From NCBI GenBank assembly GCA_038046765.1, contig JBBSVN010000004.1, positions 64,001 through 128,000 of the forward strand: 64,000 nucleotides of DNA, given 5' to 3'. The translations under genes were made by a program, and so were the position numbers. The first letter of the stretch is position 1. Every line of letters begins with the position of its first letter. The notes under the pieces are model-generated. The model did not search any database. It was not told the origin of the DNA and worked only from the letters and a program-made list of their open reading frames with translations. Source of the stretch: Candidatus Micrarchaeota archaeon (GTDB taxonomy: Archaea > Micrarchaeota > Micrarchaeia > Anstonellales > Bilamarchaeaceae). This document shows positions 29,596 through 38,724 of this stretch, in pieces.

Positions 29596-29853
29596 GCGCC
29601 CGACAGTAAACCAAGACATACGCTCCCACTTGGGCAGAAAGAGGTCAGTCTATATTACATACTTGTAGGGCATCGCACTAAAATATGCTAATAGCGATCC
29701 AGAGAACTTCGTTCTCTAAATCGTCAAGTGTGCGCACTTGCCGATACCAGCAGATGCATGCTTCTCTCATACTCGAATTTACTTTGGAGATTACTGCCCG
29801 AGGCTCTCGGATTACAAAAGATGTTAAGGATCACTACAATTAGCATTTAACAT
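29596..29853. ncRNA. Candidate structured non-coding element upstream of nop5
   Basis: GC-enriched, no long ORF; hairpins AGAGAAC-TTC-GTTCTCT, CAAGTG-TGCG-CACTTG, CCGAG-GCT-CTCGG, ATGTTAA...TTAACAT. Confidence 0.4.
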
Positions 29854-29888
29854 ATTATTATTTAAATACAAACTGGCAAATTAAATTC

Positions 29889-30848
29889 ATGGAAAATTCT
29901 ACTATTACTAGTTCGAACAAGAGAGATTTATTTGTAAAAAAGTCCAGGCTCGCAGTTACAGAGGCACTAAAAAGCAGAGATATGCTTTTAGTCGGAGTTA
30001 CACGTACACTTGATGATTTAGATAAAACGATAAACTTGCTAAATGAGCGTTTACAGGACTGGTATGGAGTTTATTTTCCTGAGCTTAAAGTTGAAGAGCC
30101 ACAAAAATATGCTCAAGTCGTATTAGGTTTTGACAAAGAAACCCCAGACTTAGAATTCCTTAAAGGAATTGTTGGCGATAATAGAGCTCACGATTTAGTT
30201 AACCGAAGCCAGAGAAGCTTAGGTGCAAAAATAAGTGCAACAGACTTAGGTGCTTGTAGGATGCTGGCACAACAAGTAACGGACATGTATTCTTTAAGGG
30301 AAAAATATCAAAAATACCAACAGGAATTAACAGAAGACATTTGCCCAAACATTGCATATATTACAGGATATATGCTTGCTGCAAAATTAATTACCCACAT
30401 AGGTTCAATTAAAAGATTTGCGATTCTTCCAGCTAGTACAATACAGGTTCTTGGTGCTGAAAAGGCATTATTTAAGCACTTAAAAAATAGAAGAATTGCA
30501 CCACCAAAGCACGGTTTAATTTTCCAGTTCCCGCAATTAGGAAGCGCTCCTAAAAGAGTTCGAGGAAAGATCGCAAGAGCATTAGCTAATAAGATTTCAT
30601 TAGCAGCTAAAGCAGATGCATTTACAAAGAATTTTATTGCCGAACAAATCAAAAAGGACTTTGAAGTCCGAATGAAACAAATAATGGAGGAAAGTAAGGG
30701 CGAGAAGAAAGTAAAAGAAGGGGCAATCAAGTATATAACCGAAGATGAAGCAGAAGGAAATAAACAAGAAGGCGGTCGTGGCGGTGGAAATCGCGGAGGA
30801 AATAGAGGCGGCTTTAGAAGAAATGATAGAAAAGGAGGAAGACGTTAA
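29889..30848 (+). CDS. nop5: Nop5/NOP56-58 box C/D RNP protein with RGG-rich tail
   Basis: ERLQDWYGVYFPEL, PASTIQVLGAEKALF, PKHGLIF, RGKIARALA. Confidence 0.92.
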   Translation: MENSTITSSNKRDLFVKKSRLAVTEALKSRDMLLVGVTRTLDDLDKTINLLNERLQDWYGVYFPELKVEEPQKYAQVVLGFDKETPDLEFLKGIVGDNRAHDLVNRSQRSLGAKISATDLGACRMLAQQVTDMYSLREKYQKYQQELTEDICPNIAYITGYMLAAKLITHIGSIKRFAILPASTIQVLGAEKALFKHLKNRRIAPPKHGLIFQFPQLGSAPKRVRGKIARALANKISLAAKADAFTKNFIAEQIKKDFEVRMKQIMEESKGEKKVKEGAIKYITEDEAEGNKQEGGRGGGNRGGNRGGFRRNDRKGGRR

Positions 30849-30919
30849 ACTTGATTTTATTAGGTAATTATAAATGTAAATACGTGTCTTTATAAATATT
30901 TTGGAGCATAACAATTTAT

Positions 30920-31396
30920 ATGAAAAAACTTCTTTTTCGTAGTGATTTAACCTCCCGCAGCCCTGCAGAAATAAAAAAAGAACTAAGTAAAGCCAGAAGC
31001 GCGACGCATCCTAAAAAAATGGCTCTATTTTTTGATGATGACGAAAGATCTATAATTTATGCAGAACCAAAAAAAGTGACGCGTGAAGACATCCACCTAA
31101 GCTTTGAAAGCGATTATACTGGTGAGAGGACAAGTTTAACAGATATACAAATAGAATTAATTGTAGGTATAGAAACTTACGCTTATAGCGGAAATATGGA
31201 TAGATTTGGTAATTATCCAAAAGGTAGTACAGACCATTATCAATTTGCAGCTTTAGAAGAATTGATTAATGCAGGCTTACTTATAGAAACAACAGGTGCT
31301 AACGGTACCAGAATGGCACAAATATCAGATCTTGCTCGTGCTGGAAAATACAGAATTGTAGCTGAAGTTTACGAGGAACAAATTGAAACAGATTAA
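30920..31396 (+). CDS. Hypothetical protein
   Basis: 158-aa ORF. Confidence 0.5.
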   Translation: MKKLLFRSDLTSRSPAEIKKELSKARSATHPKKMALFFDDDERSIIYAEPKKVTREDIHLSFESDYTGERTSLTDIQIELIVGIETYAYSGNMDRFGNYPKGSTDHYQFAALEELINAGLLIETTGANGTRMAQISDLARAGKYRIVAEVYEEQIETD

Positions 31397-31426
31397 GCTA
31401 AGTATAAAAGTCAACAAACTTATCTA

Positions 31427-31888
31427 CTATTTTGGTTCCTTCTCAAAAACTACTTTTCTACCTGTTTCTTTTTCTAGTTGTGTTGCGACTTTTTCTTGCA
31501 TCTCTGATTCAGTAATGTCCGATTTATCGATAAATTTTATATTAAAACTGGATCCCTTAAAAAGACGATAATAGGCTGTAATAAAAGGAGTAGCAAGCGT
31601 CCAAAGTATTCTCTGTGCAACAGATGGATTAAATAATTCTATTCCTGTCTCGGTTCTTACTTGAAAATGATAAGTTACATAACTGCGTCTAATTTCTTTT
31701 GTTTCTTTAACTTCTTTAGCAGGTAAAACCACCGGAGGGTACTTCCCAGTAATAATAATTTCTGATGACGAACCTAGAGTCGGATGTGTTTTTAGAGGAA
31801 CAGGGGTCTTAAATAATTGAAAATAATATCTTGAATTAGGGGATTCGCATTTTGGAGCTTGAGGTTTTTTAGATATTGGTCTTGACAT
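31427..31888 (-). CDS. Hypothetical protein
   Basis: GGTGA SD before ATG 31888. Confidence 0.5.
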   Translation of the reverse strand: MSRPISKKPQAPKCESPNSRYYFQLFKTPVPLKTHPTLGSSSEIIITGKYPPVVLPAKEVKETKEIRRSYVTYHFQVRTETGIELFNPSVAQRILWTLATPFITAYYRLFKGSSFNIKFIDKSDITESEMQEKVATQLEKETGRKVVFEKEPK

Positions 31889-32021
31889 AAGTATATCACC
31901 AATAATAAGTGCACAGAGAGAGTATTTATATCTTTCGTTTTTTATCTTTTTTAACAACATTTAGTGAAATTCGCTTAATTTTATAAATATTTGTATGCAC
32001 ATATTACAAATAGGTGTTAAT

Positions 32022-32270
32022 ATGGTAAACATGACATTATCTATTCCAGAAGAATTATACAAAGAAATGCAAATCCATTCTGAATTAAAATGGAGTGAAG
32101 TAGCTAGAAAAGCTTTTGAAATGAAAATAAGGGAATTACACTGGATGGATAAATTAGTTGAAAAAAGTGAATTGACAGAAAAGGATGTAAACGAAATCGG
32201 ACACAAAATAAAAGCTGGGATAAGAAAAAGAATAGAGGCGAAATTAGATGAAGCTAGTCTTGGACAGTAA
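32022..32270 (+). CDS. RHH-type antitoxin
   Basis: MVNMTLSIPEEL...IKWS-like (LKWSEVAR); overlaps the PIN gene. Confidence 0.75.
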   Translation: MVNMTLSIPEELYKEMQIHSELKWSEVARKAFEMKIRELHWMDKLVEKSELTEKDVNEIGHKIKAGIRKRIEAKLDEASLGQ

Positions 32271-32655
32271 CATACTTTTTGCAGCAGCGATTCGTGATTC
32301 AGTAACACGAAAAATTATTTCTGATTCTACAGAAGAATTTTTTATAATTCCAATGAATTATGAGGAATTAGAGGAACATAAAGAAGAACTTATTAAGAAG
32401 TCAAAAATAGGTAGAGTCGGATTCGAATTGATTTTAGAACAGATAACTAGAAAATGCATATTTATTGAGGACGGCTCACTCGCAGGATATTGGCAAAAAG
32501 CCAAGAAAATTATGGACGAAATTGATCCGGATGACACACCATTTATAGCAGCAGCATTGGCAATTAAAGCAGATATCTGGAGTGATGACCCTCATTTTGA
32601 TGAACAAAGAGTAGTAAAGATTTGGAAAACACACCAATTAATAAACAAAATTTAA
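32248..32655 (+). CDS. vapC: PIN-domain toxin
   Basis: LVLDSNIL, DPDDTPFIAAA, IWSDDPHF. Confidence 0.85.
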   Translation: MKLVLDSNILFAAAIRDSVTRKIISDSTEEFFIIPMNYEELEEHKEELIKKSKIGRVGFELILEQITRKCIFIEDGSLAGYWQKAKKIMDEIDPDDTPFIAAALAIKADIWSDDPHFDEQRVVKIWKTHQLINKI

Positions 32656-32677
32656 ATATAAATTACCTCAAAGTTAG

Positions 32678-33481
32678 ATGGAGTGCATAAAAACTAAAAA
32701 ACATTCAAATGATAATTTACCCGTGTCAAAAATGAAACTGTCAGATTTGAAACCAATTGATTTTGGTCCTGGAAGCGAAAAAGGTAGTGTTGAAGTAGAT
32801 AAAATTGTTTACAGCAATAAGAACAACATTAAACTTCTAATTTTAAGCGACATTCACGATGAAGAGATAGTACTTGAAAAGGCAAAAACGATTTGTGAAA
32901 AAGAAAAACCAGATTATATCTTTATTGCAGGAGACACAACGAACTGCTCGGTTTCGTTTGTTGAAGATACATTAGATATGTTCAAAACTTTTGCGCCAAC
33001 TTTTATTGTACCCGGAAATAATGAACCAGAAAATGTGCTAAAATTTCTTGAAAGTAGAAAAGAATACATTCATGAAAAAAGAATAGAACTCGCAGACAGT
33101 TTAAACATCGTTGGTTTTGGATTTTCAAATATTACTCCTTATGGAACGCCCGGAGAATTAAGCGAAGAAGAAATTTATGAGCGAATGAGTAGGTTAGATA
33201 TTGACCAAAACACGCTTTTACTTTGTCATTGCCCGCCTTATGGGATTTTCGACCAGGGTGCGGGAAGTAGCAGGGAAAAGCACATTGGAAGCGTAGCAAT
33301 AAGAAAGATAATAGAAGAGAAAAAACCTTTTTTAATGTTCTGCGGTCATGCTCACGAATGGTTTGGAACTAAAAAATTGGGTGAAACTACAATAGTCAAA
33401 GTACTAGCTGCTAAATTAGGCGGAGCTGTAATACTAACCATAACAAATAAAAGAATAAACGCTGAATTTATAAGAATATGA
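32678..33481 (+). CDS. Metallophosphoesterase (calcineurin-like)
   Basis: SDIH, AGD, PGNNE, HCPP, CGHAHE. Confidence 0.9.
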   Translation: MECIKTKKHSNDNLPVSKMKLSDLKPIDFGPGSEKGSVEVDKIVYSNKNNIKLLILSDIHDEEIVLEKAKTICEKEKPDYIFIAGDTTNCSVSFVEDTLDMFKTFAPTFIVPGNNEPENVLKFLESRKEYIHEKRIELADSLNIVGFGFSNITPYGTPGELSEEEIYERMSRLDIDQNTLLLCHCPPYGIFDQGAGSSREKHIGSVAIRKIIEEKKPFLMFCGHAHEWFGTKKLGETTIVKVLAAKLGGAVILTITNKRINAEFIRI

Positions 33482-33876
33482 ATGAAATTACAATAACCGA
33501 AGCGAAGGGAACAGAATCACCAGAATTAATAGAATTCATCAAAACGATTTTTCCAAAATCAAGAATTAAAATAAGTGAACAAGACATCGTTTTTATTGCA
33601 AAAGATAACGAAAAACTAGTTGGTTTTGTTCACTTTCGAGAGTTGAAGAAGAGACAAGTATTGCAAGGAATAGGCGTGAGCGAAAGCCATAGGAATAGAG
33701 GCATAGGAAACATGCTCGTAAAAAAAGCCTTGCAAAATAAAGGTTTACAAAATCAGGAAATTTTATTAAAGGTTAAATCAACGAACATTGCAGCAATAAA
33801 TTTATACCAGAAAAATGGATTTACACAAAAGACGTTTGGAAGCGTAATTACGATGACTAAGAAGGTGAATAATTAG
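33478..33876 (+). CDS. GNAT acetyltransferase
   Basis: V.ESHRNRGIG, N.AAINLYQKNGF. Confidence 0.88.
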   Translation: MNEITITEAKGTESPELIEFIKTIFPKSRIKISEQDIVFIAKDNEKLVGFVHFRELKKRQVLQGIGVSESHRNRGIGNMLVKKALQNKGLQNQEILLKVKSTNIAAINLYQKNGFTQKTFGSVITMTKKVNN

Positions 33877-34511
33877 CAGGTTTCTTTAATCTGCGCTTCT
33901 CCGCTCGTCTTCTCCCAAGTCTTTTTCCACTTCTTTATTTTTATTGCATGTTTGAAAAAAGGAGCATTTGATACGAAAGTTTCGCCTTCTCCGCCTTCCA
34001 AATAAATGTTAATTTCTTTTTCTTTTCCTTTAGCTTTTACTTGTTCGACAAGTTTCTTGTATGGTTTACCAAGCAAATCTTTTTCTAAACCATCTGCCGC
34101 AACAGCAGTAACGTAGATTTCGAAATATTCTAAAAGTTCACTTAGCATCTCTTCTTTCTTATGCCAAAGCGGGGCGTAGGTCGGAATTCCTAATTCTTCT
34201 CCTAATTTATCGATTCGTCTTCTTTGATATTCACTAGCTAGAGCACCCGCAGCGATTCCTTCAACTTTTAATTTCTTTAGTAATTTCTTTAAATTTTCGA
34301 ACCAGTGAGCATCATCAGTCTCTAGAAAGTACTGCTTTAGACCTAAGGCTTTCGCCTGCAATTTAGTTTTATCAATATTAGGATGATGGAACATCATTGA
34401 GTGTTTTTCTCCTTTAACGGTAATTAAAATAGGTTCAAATCCTTGCGTAAGCGCCCAGAATACTGCGAAATTACTATCTTTTCCACCCGAATATAAACAC
34501 GCTACACGCAT
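33873..34511 (-). CDS. dph6: Diphthine--ammonia ligase
   Basis: LYSGGKDS PP-loop, GALASEYQ, APLW, GEGET. Confidence 0.88.
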   Translation of the reverse strand: MRVACLYSGGKDSNFAVFWALTQGFEPILITVKGEKHSMMFHHPNIDKTKLQAKALGLKQYFLETDDAHWFENLKKLLKKLKVEGIAAGALASEYQRRRIDKLGEELGIPTYAPLWHKKEEMLSELLEYFEIYVTAVAADGLEKDLLGKPYKKLVEQVKAKGKEKEINIYLEGGEGETFVSNAPFFKHAIKIKKWKKTWEKTSGEAQIKETC

Positions 34512-34560
34512 AAGCAAAACCAATATTAGAATTTATATTATTTGACATTTAAGTATCTGT

Positions 34561-35355
34561 ATGTTAAAAGCAATCTTATTCGATTTAGATGGCACAATTT
34601 ACGCGGGTAAAAATCCAATAAAAGGAGCAAAGGAAACAATAACAAAACTTAGGAACTCTGGACTCCAGATTTTCTTTATTTCTAATGCGAGTATGCGAAC
34701 AAGAAAAGAAGTTGCAACTAGATTAAACGACATGAAAATTTTCTGCGATGAAAAAGAAATTTATAATTCTGCTTACGTATCCGCTCGCTACATTGCTAAA
34801 AATTTTCCAGATGCAAATGTTTATTGCATTAGTTTAGGTGGACTGCAACAAGAACTTAGAGAAGCTGGAGTTAAGACAACCGAAAAGGAAGACACCAACA
34901 TCGTTCTTGCAGGGCTTGATACTAATTTTACTTATGACAAACTAAAAATCGCCTTTCGTGCAATTTATTATAATAATGCAAAGTTCTTTGCAACAAATAA
35001 GGATCATGTTTATACTTTAGAAGAGGGATTAGTACCAGGAGGGGGGACTATAATTGCAGCACTAGAGTATGCGACAAGAAGGAAGGCAATAAACCTGGGA
35101 AAACCAGAAAAATATTTGCTTGACGCGATACTTGCGGATAATCACCTGAAAAAGAGCGAAGTAATCTTAATTGGTGATAATTACGAAACAGATATTTTAA
35201 TGGCTAAAAAAGAAGGAATACGAAGCGTTCTTGTTTTAAGCGGAGTAACAAAAAAGAACGAACTTAAAAAGCTAAAGAAAAAACAAATGCCTGATTTTGT
35301 GATTGAAAAAATGAAGGAACTTGAAACGATCGTACAAGGATTATTTTCTTTTTAA
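34561..35355 (+). CDS. HAD-IIA hydrolase (NagD-like)
   Basis: FDLDGTIY, GKP, IGDNYETDI. Confidence 0.9.
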   Translation: MLKAILFDLDGTIYAGKNPIKGAKETITKLRNSGLQIFFISNASMRTRKEVATRLNDMKIFCDEKEIYNSAYVSARYIAKNFPDANVYCISLGGLQQELREAGVKTTEKEDTNIVLAGLDTNFTYDKLKIAFRAIYYNNAKFFATNKDHVYTLEEGLVPGGGTIIAALEYATRRKAINLGKPEKYLLDAILADNHLKKSEVILIGDNYETDILMAKKEGIRSVLVLSGVTKKNELKKLKKKQMPDFVIEKMKELETIVQGLFSF

Positions 35356-36231
35356 TGTTTCTGAAAATCTGGCAAGAGCTTCTAATTGTTCTTTTGAACC
35401 ACGAAAGGTCAACTCTTCTGAATCGCCCCCTAAATTAATGATTCCTTGAGCCGTTGGATGTACAAGAGCAAGACGTTGGACAAACGCCGGAGAACTTAAT
35501 TCTATTAAGCTACCAAGAGCTGTGTCTGGATTTTGATTAAAACATACGGTAGAACCAAGTCCTTGTTGCTTCCGATTCATGCCGCGTATCATAAGTCCAA
35601 TTTTTGGAGAATCTGAAACTAGAAGAATTAAATCGTAAGGGCTACCCACACCACCTGTTGGCATATAATCTGCATACGCTATTTGATAACCAAATTCATG
35701 TTTATTATCATATCCAAAATCATTATAATTAAGGGAGCGAATTTTACCTTTTAACTCAATTAAAATTTCATCGGCTTCATGCATTTCTTGATCATTAACT
35801 ATAGGCCTTAGGGTTCGCATATCCCGTAGTAATAAAAAAGGCGCATTATCAGCTGCAAAACCATGGTCACAATTTAATAAAGTATGACTCATCCCGCGGT
35901 AAACTGGAGGAACAAGTGCACGAACCTTTTTTGTCCTGCCTTCAAAGTTACATGTTATGGATACTGTTTCTCTAAAAATGCCATCTTTGCTAGTAGACAT
36001 GCCAAAAGTACCGCTATACCACAGGTATTTCCCAAGAGCGGATTCATGTATCATCTTGCAAACTTCTGGAAACATACCCTTTCCTTTTTCATTCTGCCGG
36101 AACATAGCTTCCTGAAAAGCAAAAGATGACATAATAGTAGCATGCTTCATATTAGATCTATGAATTAGTTCAAGCCATGTACATGGAGGAACGATCTCAA
36201 ACCGTTTACCAGCAACTAAGGATGTACGCAT
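35341..36231 (-). CDS. Hypothetical protein; probable diverged paralog of the DGR target
   Basis: Similar size and ordered motifs TWLE, GLMIRG and C-terminal EQLEALARF. Confidence 0.55.
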   Translation of the reverse strand: MRTSLVAGKRFEIVPPCTWLELIHRSNMKHATIMSSFAFQEAMFRQNEKGKGMFPEVCKMIHESALGKYLWYSGTFGMSTSKDGIFRETVSITCNFEGRTKKVRALVPPVYRGMSHTLLNCDHGFAADNAPFLLLRDMRTLRPIVNDQEMHEADEILIELKGKIRSLNYNDFGYDNKHEFGYQIAYADYMPTGGVGSPYDLILLVSDSPKIGLMIRGMNRKQQGLGSTVCFNQNPDTALGSLIELSSPAFVQRLALVHPTAQGIINLGGDSEELTFRGSKEQLEALARFSETLKRK

Positions 36232-36323
36232 AATTAATGATTGAGCAATTAAACTTTATATACCTTTCTTTTACATAAAAAGTAACTAAAATGATTATAT
36301 AATTAAGATTATGATGGCATCTT

Positions 36324-36363
36324 GTCCACTCCATTTACCAAAACCATACCGATTTCGTTCAAT
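36324..36363. repeat. Left direct repeat flanking the AAA ATPase gene
   Basis: 31-bp ATTTACCAAAACCATACCGATTTCGTTCAAT (36333-36363) identical to 37643-37673. Confidence 0.85.
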
Positions 36364-36413
36364 CAATTTACTAAAATAGGTAGATTTATAAATTCCTTTG
36401 AGCATATCTTGTT

Positions 36414-37610
36414 ATGGATGATCGACTTATTGCTGCAAACTTACGTGCTATTGAAGAAGGTAAACGATACGTTAGAAAAAGATTTCTTTATGATAAGATG
36501 AAAACTTACCTTGGCGAGAAAATTTATCTTGGACTTGTTGGGCCTAGAGGAGCAGGAAAAACAATCCTCTTAAAGCAATTGCTAAGTGAATCACAAACAA
36601 CTGCATTCTATATTTCACTTGAAGAAAATCCAATAACTTCACTTTTTGACTTAGTTAAGGAACTTGAAAGCAAAGAATACAAAATCCTTCTTTTAGACGA
36701 AGTGCAGTTTTATCCTCATTTTGACTTAGCATTGAAAACTATTTATGAATCGACCAAAATAAAAATCATTTTTACAAGTTCAATTGCACTAGAATTATAC
36801 AAACTTGGTGCAGATTTATCAAGAAGAGTACGCTTACAGGAAATTCCTCCTCTTTCTTATAGAGAGTATCTTTTCTTCTCCCAAAAGGCAGTGTTTAGGG
36901 AATTCATTTTGGAGGACTTAAAAAATATAAGAACATGCGAAGAATTTGAAGCTTTGATTAGGCCGTATAATTCACTATTTGAAGAATACCTTAAAGGCAG
37001 AAACCTTATATTTAGCCTTGATGTAGTTGAACCATTACCGCTTTATCGTAACATAATTGACAAAATAATAAATCATGATTTAGTAAAAGCACAAGTGATA
37101 ACTGCGAATGAAACGATAACTGTGCAAAAGGTTCTGGAATTTATTGGAGCTTCTCCAGCTGAAAGCATAAGTTTTTCTTCTGTTGCAAAGAATCTTCAGG
37201 TAACAAAATACCTTGCTGAAAAATACTTAAGAGCACTTGAAAAAAGTTTTATTATTAACCTTGTTTTCCCTAAGGGAACGAATGTTTTAAAGGAGCCAAA
37301 AGTAACGATGATGTTGCCATATCGATTGTTATACAATAATTTTGATTCTTGCTTAGGGGCATTGAAAGAAGATTTCTTTACAGGAATTTTAAGATTTTCT
37401 AATCATGAATTTTATTATCTAAAATCTACAGAAGGAACAAAAACTCCCGATTATTTAGTTGGATCAGATGTAATCGAGATTGGGGGAACTTCAAAAGGAA
37501 GGTCACAATTTAAAGGTTTTGAAAATAAAACAAAGTGGATTTTAACTTACCCTGCTACGCCAATTGATGACATCAGGCGTCCGCTTACGTTTGCTGGGTT
37601 TTTATATTGA
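36414..37610 (+). CDS. AAA_14-family ATPase with DUF4143-like C-terminus
   Basis: GPRGAGKT, LLDEVQ, KTPDY...IEIG. Confidence 0.82.
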   Translation: MDDRLIAANLRAIEEGKRYVRKRFLYDKMKTYLGEKIYLGLVGPRGAGKTILLKQLLSESQTTAFYISLEENPITSLFDLVKELESKEYKILLLDEVQFYPHFDLALKTIYESTKIKIIFTSSIALELYKLGADLSRRVRLQEIPPLSYREYLFFSQKAVFREFILEDLKNIRTCEEFEALIRPYNSLFEEYLKGRNLIFSLDVVEPLPLYRNIIDKIINHDLVKAQVITANETITVQKVLEFIGASPAESISFSSVAKNLQVTKYLAEKYLRALEKSFIINLVFPKGTNVLKEPKVTMMLPYRLLYNNFDSCLGALKEDFFTGILRFSNHEFYYLKSTEGTKTPDYLVGSDVIEIGGTSKGRSQFKGFENKTKWILTYPATPIDDIRRPLTFAGFLY

Positions 37611-37633
37611 GGATTAATTTAAAGTCCGATTTC

Positions 37634-37673
37634 GTCCACTTGATTTACCAAAACCATACCGATTTCGTTCAAT
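37634..37673. repeat. Right direct repeat flanking the AAA ATPase gene
   Basis: 38/40 identical to 36324-36363. Confidence 0.85.
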
Positions 37674-37848
37674 TGATTTGACAAGATTGGATAATGATAT
37701 ACTAACTCAAAGAACTTTAAGAATGACCAACACCGACTGAAGCAGATTGAAACTAGAACATGCAAAGACAATCTGCTTCCTAAGCCACATCTACCAGAAT
37801 GACATAAGAATAGTGGCGTTGACTTGCCAAAGAAACAGATATTCCAAG

Positions 37849-38631
37849 TCAGAAGACTTCATCATGCATTTCGTCAGTACTAGCTGGAAGAAATACATCC
37901 CATTCAAAGCATCTAAGCATATCACGATCAACTAAATCATGAATGTCTGATCCAAGTGAACTAGAAAGAATTGTTTTAAGCTCCTTAGCCTGCCGATTAA
38001 CTTTTGCAATAGCTTCTTCCCGAGTTAAACCAAATGAGGTAGTTGACGCAAATGCGATTAATTCAACTGGACGTTCACCATGAGTTATTTTGTCAAGAAG
38101 CCGATTATACATTGCAATTTCACGATCAAGCATAATAGATTCTGAAGAGCTATCTTTAGTGTATTTTGACTTTTTAGATTCAGCAGAGCTTCTTTTAGTT
38201 TTTATTTCTTCTATATGCTTTGACAAATCAATTGCAGAAATTAAAAGAGAAATTTTAACTACATATTTTAAGGAACTTATTGCACGCTCGAAAGCTTCTA
38301 GCATAGATGTTTTCTGACTTTCCCCTTTTTCAATCGCACTTTCATAGAATTTAATTTCTAAGAACTTGCTGGCATAGTAACCATTTTCATTTTTTTTAAT
38401 TATATAGTCTCGTGAAGAAGGAACTTCGTAACTACCCCGTATTTCTACAATATTTGTTGCCTTGCTAAGCATTGGAAAGATAACATAGCCATATTTCCAA
38501 AACATTAATGCAAGTAAAAAACAGATACTTGCGAATGCGCTAAAAATTACACTTCCAAAACTCATAGATAAGAGCAGGGTAATTAATCCCCCAATCAAAC
38601 ATGCAATTGTGATTATACGATTGTAAAACAT
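37849..38631 (-). CDS. Two-TM protein with cytoplasmic domain reminiscent of VirB4 N-terminal/PrgI-like components
   Basis: Two N-terminal TMs then alpha/beta and coiled-coil; ATG 38631. Confidence 0.5.
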   Translation of the reverse strand: MFYNRIITIACLIGGLITLLLSMSFGSVIFSAFASICFLLALMFWKYGYVIFPMLSKATNIVEIRGSYEVPSSRDYIIKKNENGYYASKFLEIKFYESAIEKGESQKTSMLEAFERAISSLKYVVKISLLISAIDLSKHIEEIKTKRSSAESKKSKYTKDSSSESIMLDREIAMYNRLLDKITHGERPVELIAFASTTSFGLTREEAIAKVNRQAKELKTILSSSLGSDIHDLVDRDMLRCFEWDVFLPASTDEMHDEVF

Positions 38632-38642
38632 AGGTATCAACT

Positions 38643-38724
38643 CTAGCAATGAGCAGTGCGCATTGGGCAGTGAGCTACTAACTAAACGTTGCTCACGGCA
38701 CAAGGCTCAAGGCACAATAGCCAA
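38643..38724. repeat. Heptamer-repeat palindromic element, copy 2
   Basis: ctagcaa/tgagcag/tgcgcat/tgggcag/tgagcta - ctaactaaacg - ttgctca/cggcaca/aggctca/aggcaca. Confidence 0.85.

Noticed and set aside
29596..29853. RNase P RNA, SRP RNA or C/D-box sRNA
   Set aside because: Could not find GAGGAA-type P4 strands, the SRP helix 8 motif or paired C/D boxes on either strand; kept only as an unassigned candidate
38632..38703. Track-predicted N-terminal extensions through heptamer elements (also purD 11880-11933 and spt4 63881-63925)
   Set aside because: They translate repeat DNA; downstream ATGs match the expected protein starts
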